A stretch of 50,300 bases of DNA, from assembly GCA_030167865.1 (NCBI GenBank), contig JALAGF010002086.1, positions 62,001-112,300 on the forward strand. The letters are read 5' to 3'. Source of the DNA: Craspedostauros australis. Lineage: Eukaryota. Made by a program: the position numbers and the translations under genes. Below are positions 1 through 12,281 of the stretch, one piece after another (within the stretch, counting starts at the first letter, position 1; each line of letters begins with the position of its first letter). The notes below the pieces were generated by a model. That model had not been told where the DNA came from. It did no database searches and saw nothing but the letters and a program-made list of their open reading frames with translations.

Positions 1-3000
1 TTCTTTCGCATCATCTCCAACATTCGTTTCTGGGCCGCCTTGCCCCTCTCCTTGTTCTTCATGTCGGCCGACGAGGCCTTGTCTGGCGAGGCTTCCTGCG
101 GTTTGGGCCAGAGGTCAGGCAAGCCGGACAGCATGGCACTGATCGTGAAGCGAACTGTGTCGTCGATGGTCCAGATCGTCATTCCGGAATCGTTCGATGA
201 AGGGTATGGAGTCGTCGCAGGACGGATAGGGATGCCGTTGGTCGCGCTCTTCGATGCCGCGGCCACACTTGGTGCACCGTCGACGAGGGCATTGACGAAT
301 CGCAGCAACCATTTCAGACCGCTGGAGGCCAGGCCGCGTGCTCCTCCATGACCATCAGCGCCCTGATCGTGGCCTCCGTTCGACTCCCCTCCTGCGCCAT
401 GGTCGGCACGGTGTTCGTACAGTGCAATCATCAGACCCAGGATGGAGCCTCTCTTCTCGCCACTGCCTCTGGAGGTGAGGGGTCCGTCGGGATGGGGCCG
501 CAGGGCCCATACGTCTGCCAGGCTTTCTGGCACACGGACAAGGCGCCCGAGGTAGGAGTTAATCGACAATCCTGCTGACAATGACTTGGCTTCATCATCG
601 AGGCCTTCCTGTTCGATGTGCAATGATGCGCACTCTTCCAGGGTGTGCACCTGCAGTGTCAAGAGCTGCAGAACTTCCAGGAATGACACCGATGATGTCG
701 AAACGGTATCCTCGGAGAATGCTGGTTTCGAATCAGAGTCCGAAATGCCGGAGCCTCGGAATGGGAACGAACTCGATCTGGCAGATCCGGAGGAAAATGC
801 TCGTCTGCCGAATGCGATCGGTGGAACATCGCTGCTTGGCTCCGCGCTGTCCATTGCACCTGCCTGGCTGCCGGAGGAGCCAGCTTCGTTCTTGCTCACT
901 GGCTCGGCGGGTGGCAGCCACGAGCCGGCTGTCAAGGAGTAGAGCAGATACCGACGGATTGCTGCGTCCATGGATGGCAGGTGGAGCAGCAGTCGGGATG
1001 GCAGGAATCGTGGGTGTGCTTTCGGTGGGGCGCACACCAGTGGCAGACACTTCGCATCGTTGCCGGTGTTCGGTCCCTTGCCCTTGGACAGCTTTTGCTT
1101 TCGCAGATTCGCGACCACATCCATGGCGTGCTGATGCTCTTGTCGTCGCAAGTGGAAGAATGTGGGATCGTATTCATCACAACACTCTGGCTTCAGTTCG
1201 TAGGCGGCCGGCGCCGAGGCACCACGTGATTGGCCCTTCTGCTTGCCCACTTCCTTGAGGACGCTGGCGAAGACATCGCGGAACAACCCGCCTCCGCCGC
1301 TGGTGCCCACGCTTCCGTCGCTCTCGTCTCTGCGATTGATAGCGCACGATGCGGCAGCCTGGGCCGCGCTGTGTGATCGTGGCTCTGCTGCGAGAGCATG
1401 GATAAGCTCGCGCTTGATGCTTTGCCGCAACCACATGTCGTCAGCTGCAGAAATCGGAGGAGGCGAAGGTAATTCGGTGACGATGACGCAGAGCGTGCTG
1501 AAGAATGACTCCGAGAGGACGACTGCGTGATCAGGATCCTGCAGTCTGGGTGGGTTGACCCACATGCCCAGTCCGGCCGTGTATGACGAGCTCCTTGTGC
1601 TGCTTGTGGAAGCTCTGCGCTCTGGGTCGCAGAGGTAACCGTCCATGTTGAACCGGCTGATCAGTAGGTTGAAGATGCGACGAGCACCAAGCCCAGCGCT
1701 CAGTCCGGCGGCGGACAGTTGGATCAGCGTGACATCCAGGTCTCGGAACGAACGGCACAGTGGAGTGATGGAGTAGTTTAGCGCCATTCCAGCCGTCGCG
1801 CTGCCATTCCTCGCCCACAGATGACGTTCGATTTGTTGCGCTGCTGCCAAGCACCGCATAGGGTGGTCAGCCAACGAATGGATGATCTTTGCAACGGCAA
1901 TGTTGGCAGATACGGCCCGCGAACGTGCTCTGCGACGCTGCGCCTCCTGCGGCGAACACTCTGGCGATGACCAGACGACACGGCAGTTGGATGCGCGGAG
2001 TATGGGACGGATGAGCGGAACCAAGGGATGCTGGTTCGCACCGGATAGATCACCAGCGCTGTCCTCGTCAAGCACTGGGATCTTCCACCATCCTGTCGGA
2101 TTGGCCTCCCTCACGCTGTCTGGAACCACCACGGACGCCGCGCTTCTCACAATCTTCGCGATCGCTCGGTGCAAAGGCAAGTGGAATGAAAGCGAATCAC
2201 CCGCCAACGGCGAGTGCGGCACGCGCAGCCAATCTCCCATCATGGCTCCGCTGGAAGCGCTGACTGCGTTCGTTGGATTGGAGGCGGCTCTGTATTGTCT
2301 TTCGTTGTCTTCGGTGCGAAGCGCGCTTTCGATCAAGTCGAGCTGCGCCTCCGTCATGTTGACCCGCGTGGCGCACGCCAGCGCCAGATTCGTCGGTGGA
2401 GAGACGGTGCTGCTGCCATTGCTGCTGTTCATGTTGCTATTGCTGCCGCCGAGACCGGAAGTCCCCAAATCAGCCGCGGATGCCAGCTGTGACCCCGAGA
2501 CGTGCAACGTGCTTCTCTGCAAGGCTTCCACTTGCGAGATGTCTGCGTTGCTGCTACCTCCGCCATGTGGCACGGGTAGTCCAGTCTCAAGCATGCCTTC
2601 GCGGTAGAGCCAAAGCTTCAGTTCACGCAGCAACGCACTCAGGACGTTGCCCATGGCCTCTCGGATGCTGACGAGATGGGAACCATCCTCCGAGACCGGC
2701 GCCAAAACGGCGCTGGTGCTATTTGTCGGGCTCTCGGCCAGTGCGTCCAAGGTGCCAGCGAAGTTCAGGCTGAGACCGAATGCCTCCAGCCATCGCGTTG
2801 GCTCGTACTCAACGTGACCTGATGATATCTTTCGTTTCTGCGGGTCCATGCCCTGTGCCAGACGCAACAGCCTCGCCCAAGTCGTCGCGAATGCCAGAAT
2901 ATCTTCCCCTCTGGAGATGTGCGAGATGCCCTGGTGGGCGGGGAATCGGTTCGGCAGCAGTAGTCGCAGCGCAGTGCCTGGCGTTTCGATGACGTACTCG

Positions 3001-6000
3001 AGGTCGCGCAGCAGATGCGGCAGACGCTTGTGGCGGGTGGATCTGGAATCGATGAAGCCATCGTCAGGCGCGGCCGGGAGGACGGTTGTCAGCGGGTGCT
3101 CTCCAGCAACATACGTCAACGCCGGCAGCAGAGTGTCGCTCTGTCCCCCGGCGTCGTTGCCAGCCGCGGTGTTGTTCAAGATCATTTGAACTTCTGTCGT
3201 CGATCCCAACAGGTTCGTGTGGATGCAGCGGACAACCTTTTGTGCGATGGGCACCGTGAACACACCAATGGAGGCCTCCTGGACTTCGTCATCGGGGTTG
3301 TCAGAGAGCAGCAACTTCTCGATGGCTGAAACACTTCCCAGGGCTCGCACGAGACTTCCAGCAGTGAAGATCTGCACGGTGAACCCAAGTGGAGTGTCAG
3401 CATCCGTTCCAACACCCGCGCAGTACAAGGTGCTGAGGGGACGGTAGGCGATGCCAAGCGCTGCGGCGAAACGGCATTTGAAGCGGGCATCGGTGAGGAG
3501 AGAGAGAAAGAGCGCGTGGATGGCACCTCTGAGCTGCTTCGTGGGGTACGGATCGAGCAGCAGCAGCAAGAGGATGGGTGACATGGGAGCTCGGTAGGAT
3601 GATGTCGCCAGCAGGTGTCTCCATTCCATGGGATTCGGTAGGTTTGGTACGCGGGTGCTTAGTTTGTCGGCACTTTCGAGACCCACGCCGCTGATCAAGT
3701 GAAGGCCGGGACGTCTGTGAGGCGCCATGCTCTTCGTTATCCGATCCGCCTCCTGCTGCTTCCTGAGGTCGGTGTCCACGACGTAGACAGCCTCGCACAG
3801 TTTGTTCTGCATCATGAGAACGGCAGCATCAAACTGGCCCGTTGAGAGACGGTACAGGAAAGGATGTTTGGCTGCGATGGGCTCCTGATCGCTGTAGAGC
3901 GATGGTAGGGTCCCCCAAAGAGCGTGCGGTGATTTGTGATACCGCCTCGGTGGCAATCTGTATGGCACATTCGAGTAGAAATCTGGATCTGTGCCTGTTG
4001 TGTTTGTTGGCAAGTTGAGTGATGTTGAGTGGTGTTGAGTTGCGCATGGTTGTGTCGTGCGGAGTGATAATTAACGGGGAGCAGGGAAGGAGAGGCAGAG
4101 CAACAGCAGGATGGAAAGTATGTGGAGTGGTGCATGAGTGAGCGATGAGGTGAAATTGACAAATAGGTGATGAGAGTGAAAGTACGAGTGTGTGACTGGG
4201 GAAAAGACCCATTTCCCATACCACCAAGAAAACGAGACAGCCCTCTATTCGTCGAGAGCGCAGTAGTGCAACCAGCGCATGGTTGTACTCTGTTCGTACG
4301 TACCTGCCAACTCAATGAAACCGTGGTATCCTTGTTCGAGAGACACGCGATGCAGCTTCTCAGCTTCATCGTAGGTGACAAAGCTGGAAAGCACATGCGG
4401 AGGGAATGCGTTCAGTCGACGTCGCAGGGCCTGCAGATCGTCAGGTTCCGACAGACCTGCCCAAACGGGGATGGTGTGAGGTTGGTGCCATACAGAAATC
4501 CCGGACAGGGTGTGTCTGGAACTCGCCTGCGTCAAGGCATGCACGACGAGAACAGCGGCGGCGGGATGGGCTGAGCTGATTTCTGCCAGCCAAGCGGACA
4601 AGGCCCGCGCACGCTGCTCGATGTCGACCTGTGCAGTACTGACCACAGCGCAATGCAGTCCCTTGGATTTGAGCTTTCCGAATCCACGCACGGCCTCTGG
4701 GAATGAAACGTAGCTCTTCGCCAGGACCTGTCCATCAGAATCCACGTGCTGCGTCATCTCCTTGGCGGCCTCGCGAAAGTCCACCAGGGACTGGTTTTCG
4801 GGATCGTCGTTGTCCGTTTGGCTGCGGCGACGGCGCTCCCGGTGCAGCGCCTCGATGACCTCCTCGAAGGTATGGACGTCGTCGTTGTGCAGACGGAGGT
4901 GCAGCTTGTACCCCTTGGGGAGGCTGTGGGCGAGGTTGGGTTCCGCCACATCGACGAAATCCTTTGGTGTGACATTGACGTCATTTGCATTGGAGGGACG
5001 TGCAGACACAGATGCGCCTGCAGCAGCCGCTGCCGCTGCCAGGTCCTGCGGCTTGTAGTAGTCCTGGTCGTTGGGTGCGGCGTTCCAGATCCTGGACGCC
5101 TCTTCCGACCAGCGGAGATTCCATTGGCTTGTATCGGCTCCAATACCTGCTCCATCCACAGCCTCCATGAGGCAATTGACAGCCGCGCCGATGACAACTC
5201 CCAACGCTGCGGCCATCTTGGGTGGCAAGGCGGTGGGGGACTTGTTGAGCGTTTCGATCCCCTCGAGCAAGCCTTTGGTGGCCATGCGGACTGCGCCATC
5301 CGAGTCATCGGTGCTGGCGCTTTCCGCCGCCGCGTCCTCGAGCTGAGGGCGGTGCGAGTCGCAGCAACCCTCCAGCTTCCATGCCTCGGCGTCACCGCAG
5401 TCGCAGCATCCGCCGGGCGTTGTTCGATGGAAGTACACCTCGTGGCCGTCGTGATTCGAGTTGCGGAAGCAGGTGTCGCAAATGACGCAGGTTCCGTCTG
5501 TTTGGCAGGTACGGCAATTCCACGCGATATCTCCCCGCTTGAAGACGTAACCACATGGGCGGGGACGGAATGATGGCGAGTTGACGTCGTTCGCATTCGT
5601 GCGTGCCTCCTCCGCTTGCAGCAGTCGACGGAGGGTGGCGGCCGTGGTGGCCTTGATGTGCTTGGCAGGCGGTGGTGGGGTGGACCAAATCTGGTCTTCG
5701 GAAGTCGGCACGACGTTGTGCGGGTTCGTGGTGGTTGGTGCTCCTGGTGCTGCGCCGGTGGAGGCGTCAGCCATGAGATGCGTGAAGTTGGTATCCAAGT
5801 ACTGCAAGACCATGGCGTCGGCCCAGTTCTTTGCTGCGGTGGGTGGGACGCCTGTTAGACGGCCGAATGCGGCACCTGCGAGGACGCTGAGGGACGGCAT
5901 ATGGGTGGGAATGTTCGGATTGCCACCGGCAAAGAGCATCGCGTACTGGCGAAGGCGATCGTCCGCGACCATGGCCTCGTGCACCAAATCGTCAACGGTG

Positions 6001-6542
6001 GTGGACGTTGCGTTTGTTGACGCATTCTGCTGGAATGGGCTTGGCGCAGACGAAGACGAAGACGAATAGGGCGATGATTGATCGCCTCCGCTGAATGTGA
6101 CATCCATCTGCGACATCGCCGCGCTGTTGCCTGAACTCAGGTTGCCGCTGACGCCCGGGCCTGCGTTTGCAGCGGAGTTGGAGGTGGAAAGCAGAGCGAG
6201 AAAGTAGCCGTCGCCGTTGCGTTTGCTCTTCCTCACTGGACGGCAACCACCAGGGATGAAGTTGAGCGAGGCTCGCATGGGATACCACGGGGTGGCATCG
6301 GCCGGTCCTCCGGTGGTGCCATCGCTTCCGTTTGCATTTTGATTCATGTTTCCGTCTGCGCTGCTGCTACTGCTGTTGTTGCCGCTCCCAGACCAACGGT
6401 CAGTTCTGCGACGTTTGGTTGTCGCAATCTTGCGTTTCGGTGTTTGGTCAATTCCAGCCGTTTGCTGCTGGCTAAGATGGTGCTGGCGAAGATGGTGCTG
6501 ATGATCGTGCTGGTGGGAGTGATGAGATTTGAGCACGGACAA
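1..6542 (-). CDS. UBR1: UBR1/UBR2-type N-recognin E3 ubiquitin ligase (N-degron pathway); 3' end beyond the left edge of the window
   Basis: Exon 1 is 6542-4304, the intron is 4303-3995 (GTACGT...AACAG, phase 1), and exon 2 is 3994-<1 in the same frame at both ends (…ELA|GTDPDFYSNVPY… to …KNKERGKAAQKRMLEMMRK at the edge). UBR box CGYVFKRGDIAWNCRTCQTDGTCVICDTCF…H…HEVY…GGCCDCGD…W…CCDSH at about 5555-5352; ClpS-like LHNDDVHTFEEVIEAL at about 4890-4845; winged-helix-like KRELIHALAAEPRSHS near 1415-1370. Exon 2 is missing from the ORF track because no stop occurs in the window. Confidence 0.9.
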
Positions 6543-6591
6543 AGTCGCAGGTCAACCGCGCGTCAGACTTCGCAGTGTCAGGTTTATGTGT

Positions 6592-6620
6592 ATGGTTTGG
6601 TTTGGTTTGGTTTGGTTTGG
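6592..6620. repeat. (TGGTT)n pentanucleotide microsatellite in the UBR1 5' region
   Basis: The run tggtttggtttggtttggtttggtttgg is read directly from the sequence. Confidence 0.8.
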
Positions 6621-7989
6621 TGTGGTGCGGTATGGTATGGGATTCTCCCTCTCTCTCTCTATTCTAGTAATCTCTGACAGTGAGTATGATATTCCTTTGT
6701 CTTCGTCACTCTCTCCAGAGAGAGAGACCTTGTCTCCTTGTTGCTGCGATCGCACCAGCGGGCTTTCCTGAATGCCTTCGGCGAACAGTTCCGCGAAAGA
6801 ATGGGATCCACGACGACAGAAATCCAACGAATGGAGGGACAGCCGCAGGTGCAGTGCGGCCTTGTCAAGGGATGCTGCGCTGTGATGACTCCTTCTCCAC
6901 AGACTTTTGTATGGTCTCTTGGTGTTGTATTCCTCTGCGAACGCGCAAAGGAAAGTAATATGTGCGGGAAGTAAGAGCTGTGGGTATGTTGTGGTCTGGG
7001 AGAAACGTAGGCCTATCCAAGGATGTTTCGACACTCGTTCTGTTGTTGCGCCCTCTCTCTGCGTGTTGCGGTCGTCTTGGTGAGACGTCTTCCCACCAAC
7101 ACTGTATCTGCCTTTCTCCCCCCGCCCAGTGGTGGTTGCCATCGCGGGCGCGGATGGAGACCGCGAAGAGGGATCGACGCGCGAGGTCCCGCAACGAACA
7201 TCATGGAGTTTTGGGTCGCATCGCCACACGTGACAGAAAACAACCACAACAGGCCTTCACATCATGGAAGACAAGACAACACAGTACACACCACCACACA
7301 ACAGTTCCACAAGTTCGACAGGAGAACATTAGCAGCACACGCACCAGTTATGGAAAAGAGCAAAACGAGCTGTTTCGATCGGTTATTTCATGTGGGCACG
7401 GAGCCAGTCACCGCATCGAAATCGCACTCCTTCATTGTGTAAATCGTGATTGAGTCGTAGACGACGTCTCATATCTCGTCGGCTACAGCCTCAACGGTCA
7501 GTTCTTTGAGACGAGTTTTGTCCGAAATTACAGCTTCGACTCGACCTCGTTTGTTCGTTATTGACTAAGACGATGGTTCGTTAATAGTACTAAACAATCT
7601 CGGGGTACTCCGTAGTATCGCATCTGCATTATAGAGTGTCCTTGTGTGTATGTTGAGAGTTATGGCCGTTGCAAGACCAAGGCTGCACAGAGTCAAACAC
7701 GAGCGCAGTGTTTCTTCGCTGTGTTGATGATTCGTTATTTCGCTTGTTTCTTGCTCGCTGTTTTGTTTTTGGATTCCGTTTCGCAATCACGTCTTGTTGC
7801 TGGTGCCACAGAACCAAAGCATTCTTGGCGACCGCCATCTCGAGCATTGGCATAGAGTTGCTTCTTCCACCATAAATCCTTTCTCGATCGCAGAGCATCC
7901 ACGAACTGCCCAATCTACTCCTCTGTCCTGACTTCACCAACAGACGAAGTCCCAACGTCGTCGCCGTTGTCGTTGTCATCGCCGTTCTC

Positions 7990-10395
7990 ATGATGCAGAA
8001 GCCAACTTGTGACCGCCCACTGAGAGGCTTGGCAATGCGCAAGTCCGCAGGCATCTCAATGGTTGCGTTGTTGTGGGCGGCGCAGGTGTTGTTGGCGTGC
8101 ATGACGGCAACCGCCGCAGGATCGGTGCGGAACGCCCAAGTCCCCCTGGTGCATGATCAGCCAGACCGGCAGCAGCAGGCACAGCAGGACAAGCTCGTGT
8201 CGCAGGAACGATCCAGACGAACGGTAGAGCAGAAGAACGTGGTGAAGTACCGACTCTGGCCGGCATCGAAGATCAAGGAGACGCTGGATGACTGGGCCGC
8301 CAAGTATCCCGACTTCGTGCATCTTACGTCGTCTCAGGAGAAGTACGGATTGCCGCGCGCTGGCAACATCCATGACTGTCCCTTCGACGACGCGGCCGAT
8401 GGCTGCGCCAACTACATCCTCACCATCCAGGACTTCACCAAGCACCCGGACGGCTCCAGTTCTTCCAACCATCTGCCGGAAGTATTCTGGAGCGGGTGCC
8501 TGCATGGCAACGAACGAGTGGGCCCCACGGCCACCATGGAAGCGGCCACCCTGCTCCTGGAAGCGGCGGCCTGCGAGGCCATGCCGAGGCGGGAAAAGTT
8601 GCTGGACGCCGATCAGCGGGATGACGAGATGCTCCTGGCGCAGCAATGTCGGTCCGATCTCGCTGACAAAGGCATCGACGAGGCGCATCGCAAGTGGCTG
8701 GCGCGCCTCGTGTCCACCCGCCGGCTCATCGTGGTGCCCACCTCCAACGCGCTTGGCTACTTCCGCAACCGACGCGAGGAGGGAGACATCGATCCCAACC
8801 GCGACTTCCCATACGACCTCAAAGACCCGAAGCTTTGCATGCAGACTGTCACAGGACGCACGCTCAACGAGATCTTTCGTGAGCACATGTTCCAGCTGGC
8901 CTTGACCTTCCACGGCGGCATGGAGGTCATCGCGTACGAGTGGGGCGCACCGTCATGGCTCAAGCATCTCAGCCCGGACGACACGGCGCAAAACCAAGTA
9001 GCCGAGTCCTACAGCAAGGTCGCCGGCAAATTCCAGAGCACCAAGCCTTACGCCTATGGCACGATGAACGATCTCGTGTACTACGTGCGCGGCGGGATGG
9101 AGGACTGGGCCTACGCTGGATCATTCGACAAGGCTCGCGTCCCACAATGCAAGCCCACAACGTTTGGCGGTTACCCGGAGGAAAAGACCAAGTACAACAA
9201 CTCCACTCTCAGGGTCTTCAACATGCTTATCGAGACGAGCAACAAAAAGCAACCAACGACGAAATCGTTGGGGTCCTCCCTGGATGTCATGAACAGCAAA
9301 TCGCCGGGCAACGGCCACGTCTCGCGAAACATTCGGCTCGCTCTTTTGTCGGCGGATCTCGTCGAGCCATACGTGGCACCCATCCAGCTCAACGATGTTC
9401 CATTGTCAAATGATATCATTCCTCTCGATACGTTCTCGGTCTTTGAAAATGCCAACCAGGATTCTGCCACAGCGGGAGCAGAAACCGTATCAGCGGAGGA
9501 AGAGGCCTGCCGGTTCACGCGTGGCTTCTTGGTGACACCTGACACGGAGACCGTGGACATTCAGTTCACGGTCGGCGGTGCGCTGACGATCGATCAGGTC
9601 GAAGTGTGGTACGCCAAGTGGTGCGAAATCCCCAGGGATCAATTGAACTGCAACTCGCAGCCCAAGAATCTCGATGGCTTCACCAAGGGGACCATCATCG
9701 GGGCCTCCAACGGCGGAGGTGCCTTCTCAAAGGATGGAGCATGGCCGCAGATGGATGGTGACAATTACAAGGGCGATTCGTTCTTTGGACCAGTCTTCAC
9801 AGCTTCCATCGACCTGTCCGAATTCGAGGACCAGGATGAGATCGTAGTTATCGCTGGGGCGATGGTGGATCAAGACTGGGCAACAACCCCCAGGACTGCC
9901 AAGCCCGACATCTTGCCACAGTCTCACGTCGTCAATGCACGAACCAATCCAGAGTGGCATCACGAGAGTGCCGGAAAGCACATCGTCGGAAGGCTGATGT
10001 GGTATTCGCTCCCCCTCACCATCACGCTGGATGAGTCCATCCAGGCCAACGAGACAGAGAAAGCGACGGTCATCGAAATGAATACGCGCGATGCCAACAC
10101 CACCACTGCGCTGGGTGGCACAGGTGCATTTGGACAATGTCCTGCATCGCAAGCGGAGTCACGCAACGTCGTGCCGTTGGTGCTGTTCGTCTTCATCGTC
10201 TCTTTGATATGCATAGCATGTTCTTTGGGGCATGACGGAGTGCACACACTTTCATCTGCGTCCAACCGGAGCAAGATGAACAGGGCCTTCGCGGATACGG
10301 ATGACTTTGTATTCGATTCGCGACCGTACTCCGATTACAACGAAACGCAGGCCAGTGAGAGTGAGGATGAGATTGAGATTTCAGGACTTTCATAG
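7990..10395 (+). CDS. M14-family zinc carboxypeptidase, probable type I membrane protein
   Basis: Single 801-aa ORF. Hydrophobic signal-like segment (MVALLWAAQVLLACMTATAA); Zn ligands HGNE (HxxE) and LTFHGG; substrate motif DPNRDF; GGMEDWAY…LIET catalytic region; C-terminal TM segment (VVPLVLFVFIVSLICIACSL) with an acidic tail. The true start may be a downstream Met (8035 or 8059). Confidence 0.88.
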   Translation: MMQKPTCDRPLRGLAMRKSAGISMVALLWAAQVLLACMTATAAGSVRNAQVPLVHDQPDRQQQAQQDKLVSQERSRRTVEQKNVVKYRLWPASKIKETLDDWAAKYPDFVHLTSSQEKYGLPRAGNIHDCPFDDAADGCANYILTIQDFTKHPDGSSSSNHLPEVFWSGCLHGNERVGPTATMEAATLLLEAAACEAMPRREKLLDADQRDDEMLLAQQCRSDLADKGIDEAHRKWLARLVSTRRLIVVPTSNALGYFRNRREEGDIDPNRDFPYDLKDPKLCMQTVTGRTLNEIFREHMFQLALTFHGGMEVIAYEWGAPSWLKHLSPDDTAQNQVAESYSKVAGKFQSTKPYAYGTMNDLVYYVRGGMEDWAYAGSFDKARVPQCKPTTFGGYPEEKTKYNNSTLRVFNMLIETSNKKQPTTKSLGSSLDVMNSKSPGNGHVSRNIRLALLSADLVEPYVAPIQLNDVPLSNDIIPLDTFSVFENANQDSATAGAETVSAEEEACRFTRGFLVTPDTETVDIQFTVGGALTIDQVEVWYAKWCEIPRDQLNCNSQPKNLDGFTKGTIIGASNGGGAFSKDGAWPQMDGDNYKGDSFFGPVFTASIDLSEFEDQDEIVVIAGAMVDQDWATTPRTAKPDILPQSHVVNARTNPEWHHESAGKHIVGRLMWYSLPLTITLDESIQANETEKATVIEMNTRDANTTTALGGTGAFGQCPASQAESRNVVPLVLFVFIVSLICIACSLGHDGVHTLSSASNRSKMNRAFADTDDFVFDSRPYSDYNETQASESEDEIEISGLS

Positions 10396-10951
10396 GAAGA
10401 ATGAAAGCGCGATACTGTGAGAGGGAAACCATTATGATAGAGCTTCACGCGATTACAAGTACTCTCAGAGCACATGCACATACAACTAGAGCACTGGTAT
10501 GGACTGTGTCTGTCTCGTAATGCGTCACGACGCCTGCGAGCAAACGATGGCATCTGTTCTGGAGGTAGCAGGCTCCTGGGAAGTGAACAGTCAAGACTGC
10601 ACCATACTCTCAGCCTCTTCTCCAGATGTCATTCGGACTCGTACGGGGCTGCTCCTTCGCATCCTGTTCGACTTATCCATAGACACAGGCACAACCAATC
10701 TCAGCTGTCACTTCCGACTTGTCCCGAAGAACAAGATGCTTCGTCACAATTGGCAAAGCTGGAGAGAGTCTGAGGGAACGTTGATTTGAGAGAGACACTG
10801 TTGCAACGTTGAAACACAAGCCAAGGTTGGCAGAGAGCAAAATAATATACTCGAAAGTGTACAGTAGAGTAGAACAAGCGCATTGCGTGCACATTGGAAG
10901 TACTCGTGTTCTTGGAATATGTAGGAGTAAGCATGGACAAGGAGTTGAATT

Positions 10952-11836
10952 CTACTTCTTTCTCCTGGCCTTGGCTGCTGCCCTCCCCCTTGACTGTTTA
11001 TGATTCACCTTCGACAATGCCTTTTGCGCCATCTTCAAATTCGCAGCACCGCCCATGCCTTTCATTTCGGATGCACCGTTCTGTCCTCGGCGCTTGGATA
11101 CGCCAGCGCCGGCGCCACCTCGTTTGCTCGGCATATTGCCCTTCAATTGCTCCATGTACCGTTCCACGTTGCCGGCATACTTCTGCTCAACATCCACATT
11201 CTTTCGCTGCCGGCTGCCTCTGCCAGCACCTTGGCCGTAATCGTCATCGTCGTCACTGCTATCCTGTGCGTCCAAATTGATTTCCGATGTCGTCACCGTC
11301 ACTTGTCCGCCCCAATGCTTTGCCATTTCCTGATCATCGTACGTTTTCGTTGTGGATGCTGTCTTCTCCTGCTTCTTCATAGTAGTACTGGTGTCGTTGG
11401 GGTCATCGTCATTGTCGTTGTCTTCATCATCACTATCATTGTCGGACTTTGACGCTTCATTGTCATCGGACGAATCCCCCTTCTCCCCAGCCTTGCGACG
11501 ATAGAATTCTCGTGCTTCCACCATCTCTTCCAGGATCTCCTCGCGCTGCTGCTCGGCCTGCTCGACGCGTTGCATTTCATCCTGCTTTTCCTTCTTGCGC
11601 TGATGCATCTTCTCCTCCCGATCCTTCACCTTCTGCATGGCCAAGCCGAAGGCGCGACGCTGCCGTTTGCGTTCGGAAAAGCCACGCAGATGGGCCTTGC
11701 GGGCCTCCGAATCGAAGACCACCTCGCGTTTGCGCCGTCTGGAGGTGTGGTTGCGGTTATTGTCGCTCTTCTTGCCTTTTCCGCTTTTGCCGCCACGGCC
11801 ACCGCCGGATTTCGGCTTGGATCGCGGTTTCGCCAT
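10952..11836 (-). CDS. RRP17: Rrp17/Nol12 (Nop25) nucleolar ribosome biogenesis protein
   Basis: ATG at 11836 (MAKPRSK…). The motif VVFDSEARKAHLRGFSERKRQRR matches the family N-terminal signature FD..AR..YLTGF..RK..RR. It is followed by a coiled-coil, an acidic tract, a VTVT motif and a basic tail. Confidence 0.8.
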   Translation of the reverse strand: MAKPRSKPKSGGGRGGKSGKGKKSDNNRNHTSRRRKREVVFDSEARKAHLRGFSERKRQRRAFGLAMQKVKDREEKMHQRKKEKQDEMQRVEQAEQQREEILEEMVEAREFYRRKAGEKGDSSDDNEASKSDNDSDDEDNDNDDDPNDTSTTMKKQEKTASTTKTYDDQEMAKHWGGQVTVTTSEINLDAQDSSDDDDDYGQGAGRGSRQRKNVDVEQKYAGNVERYMEQLKGNMPSKRGGAGAGVSKRRGQNGASEMKGMGGAANLKMAQKALSKVNHKQSRGRAAAKARRKK

Positions 11837-12281
11837 GGTGAATACTCGCACGGGGAAGCTCGTCAACGGATTTGATCAGTATGACAGAATGGATGTTCCT
11901 CTGCTCTGTCTCTCGAGTTTGATGTCTATGAGTTGCGTTGTGTCATGGTGTTGGTGGAGTTGCAAGGAGCGGGTTGGCCGGAGCAGCCTCCTTGTTTGTG
12001 CGGAAAGCGGAAATGGTTGGATACGTGGATTCGTGACTCGACTCATCCAATGAACTCTGCTTGATCTACACTCCTTCGCCAACTCTGCGAGCTGATACAC
12101 ACAGTCTCCTCCACCGCCATGAGATCATGAACACACAAGTTCCATACTCGTACGAATAGAGCACATAAATTGGCGTAACATACCAGTACCACACAATGTG
12201 ACTTCCTGGCCTGTCGTACGCACTAGTACGAGCACTGTGGTAATATATGTAATTGTGGCAATACCCACTTCAATTACGTGC

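Noticed and set aside
40-3798. Many short ORFs suggesting a gene-poor or novel region
   Set aside because: All lie within exon 2 of the UBR1-type gene, which the track omits because its stop codon is outside the window.
6552-7453. 231-aa minus-strand and 139/163-aa plus-strand ORFs between UBR1 and the carboxypeptidase
   Set aside because: They include microsatellite-derived sequence, lack coding bias or motifs, and sit in the divergent promoter/UTR region.
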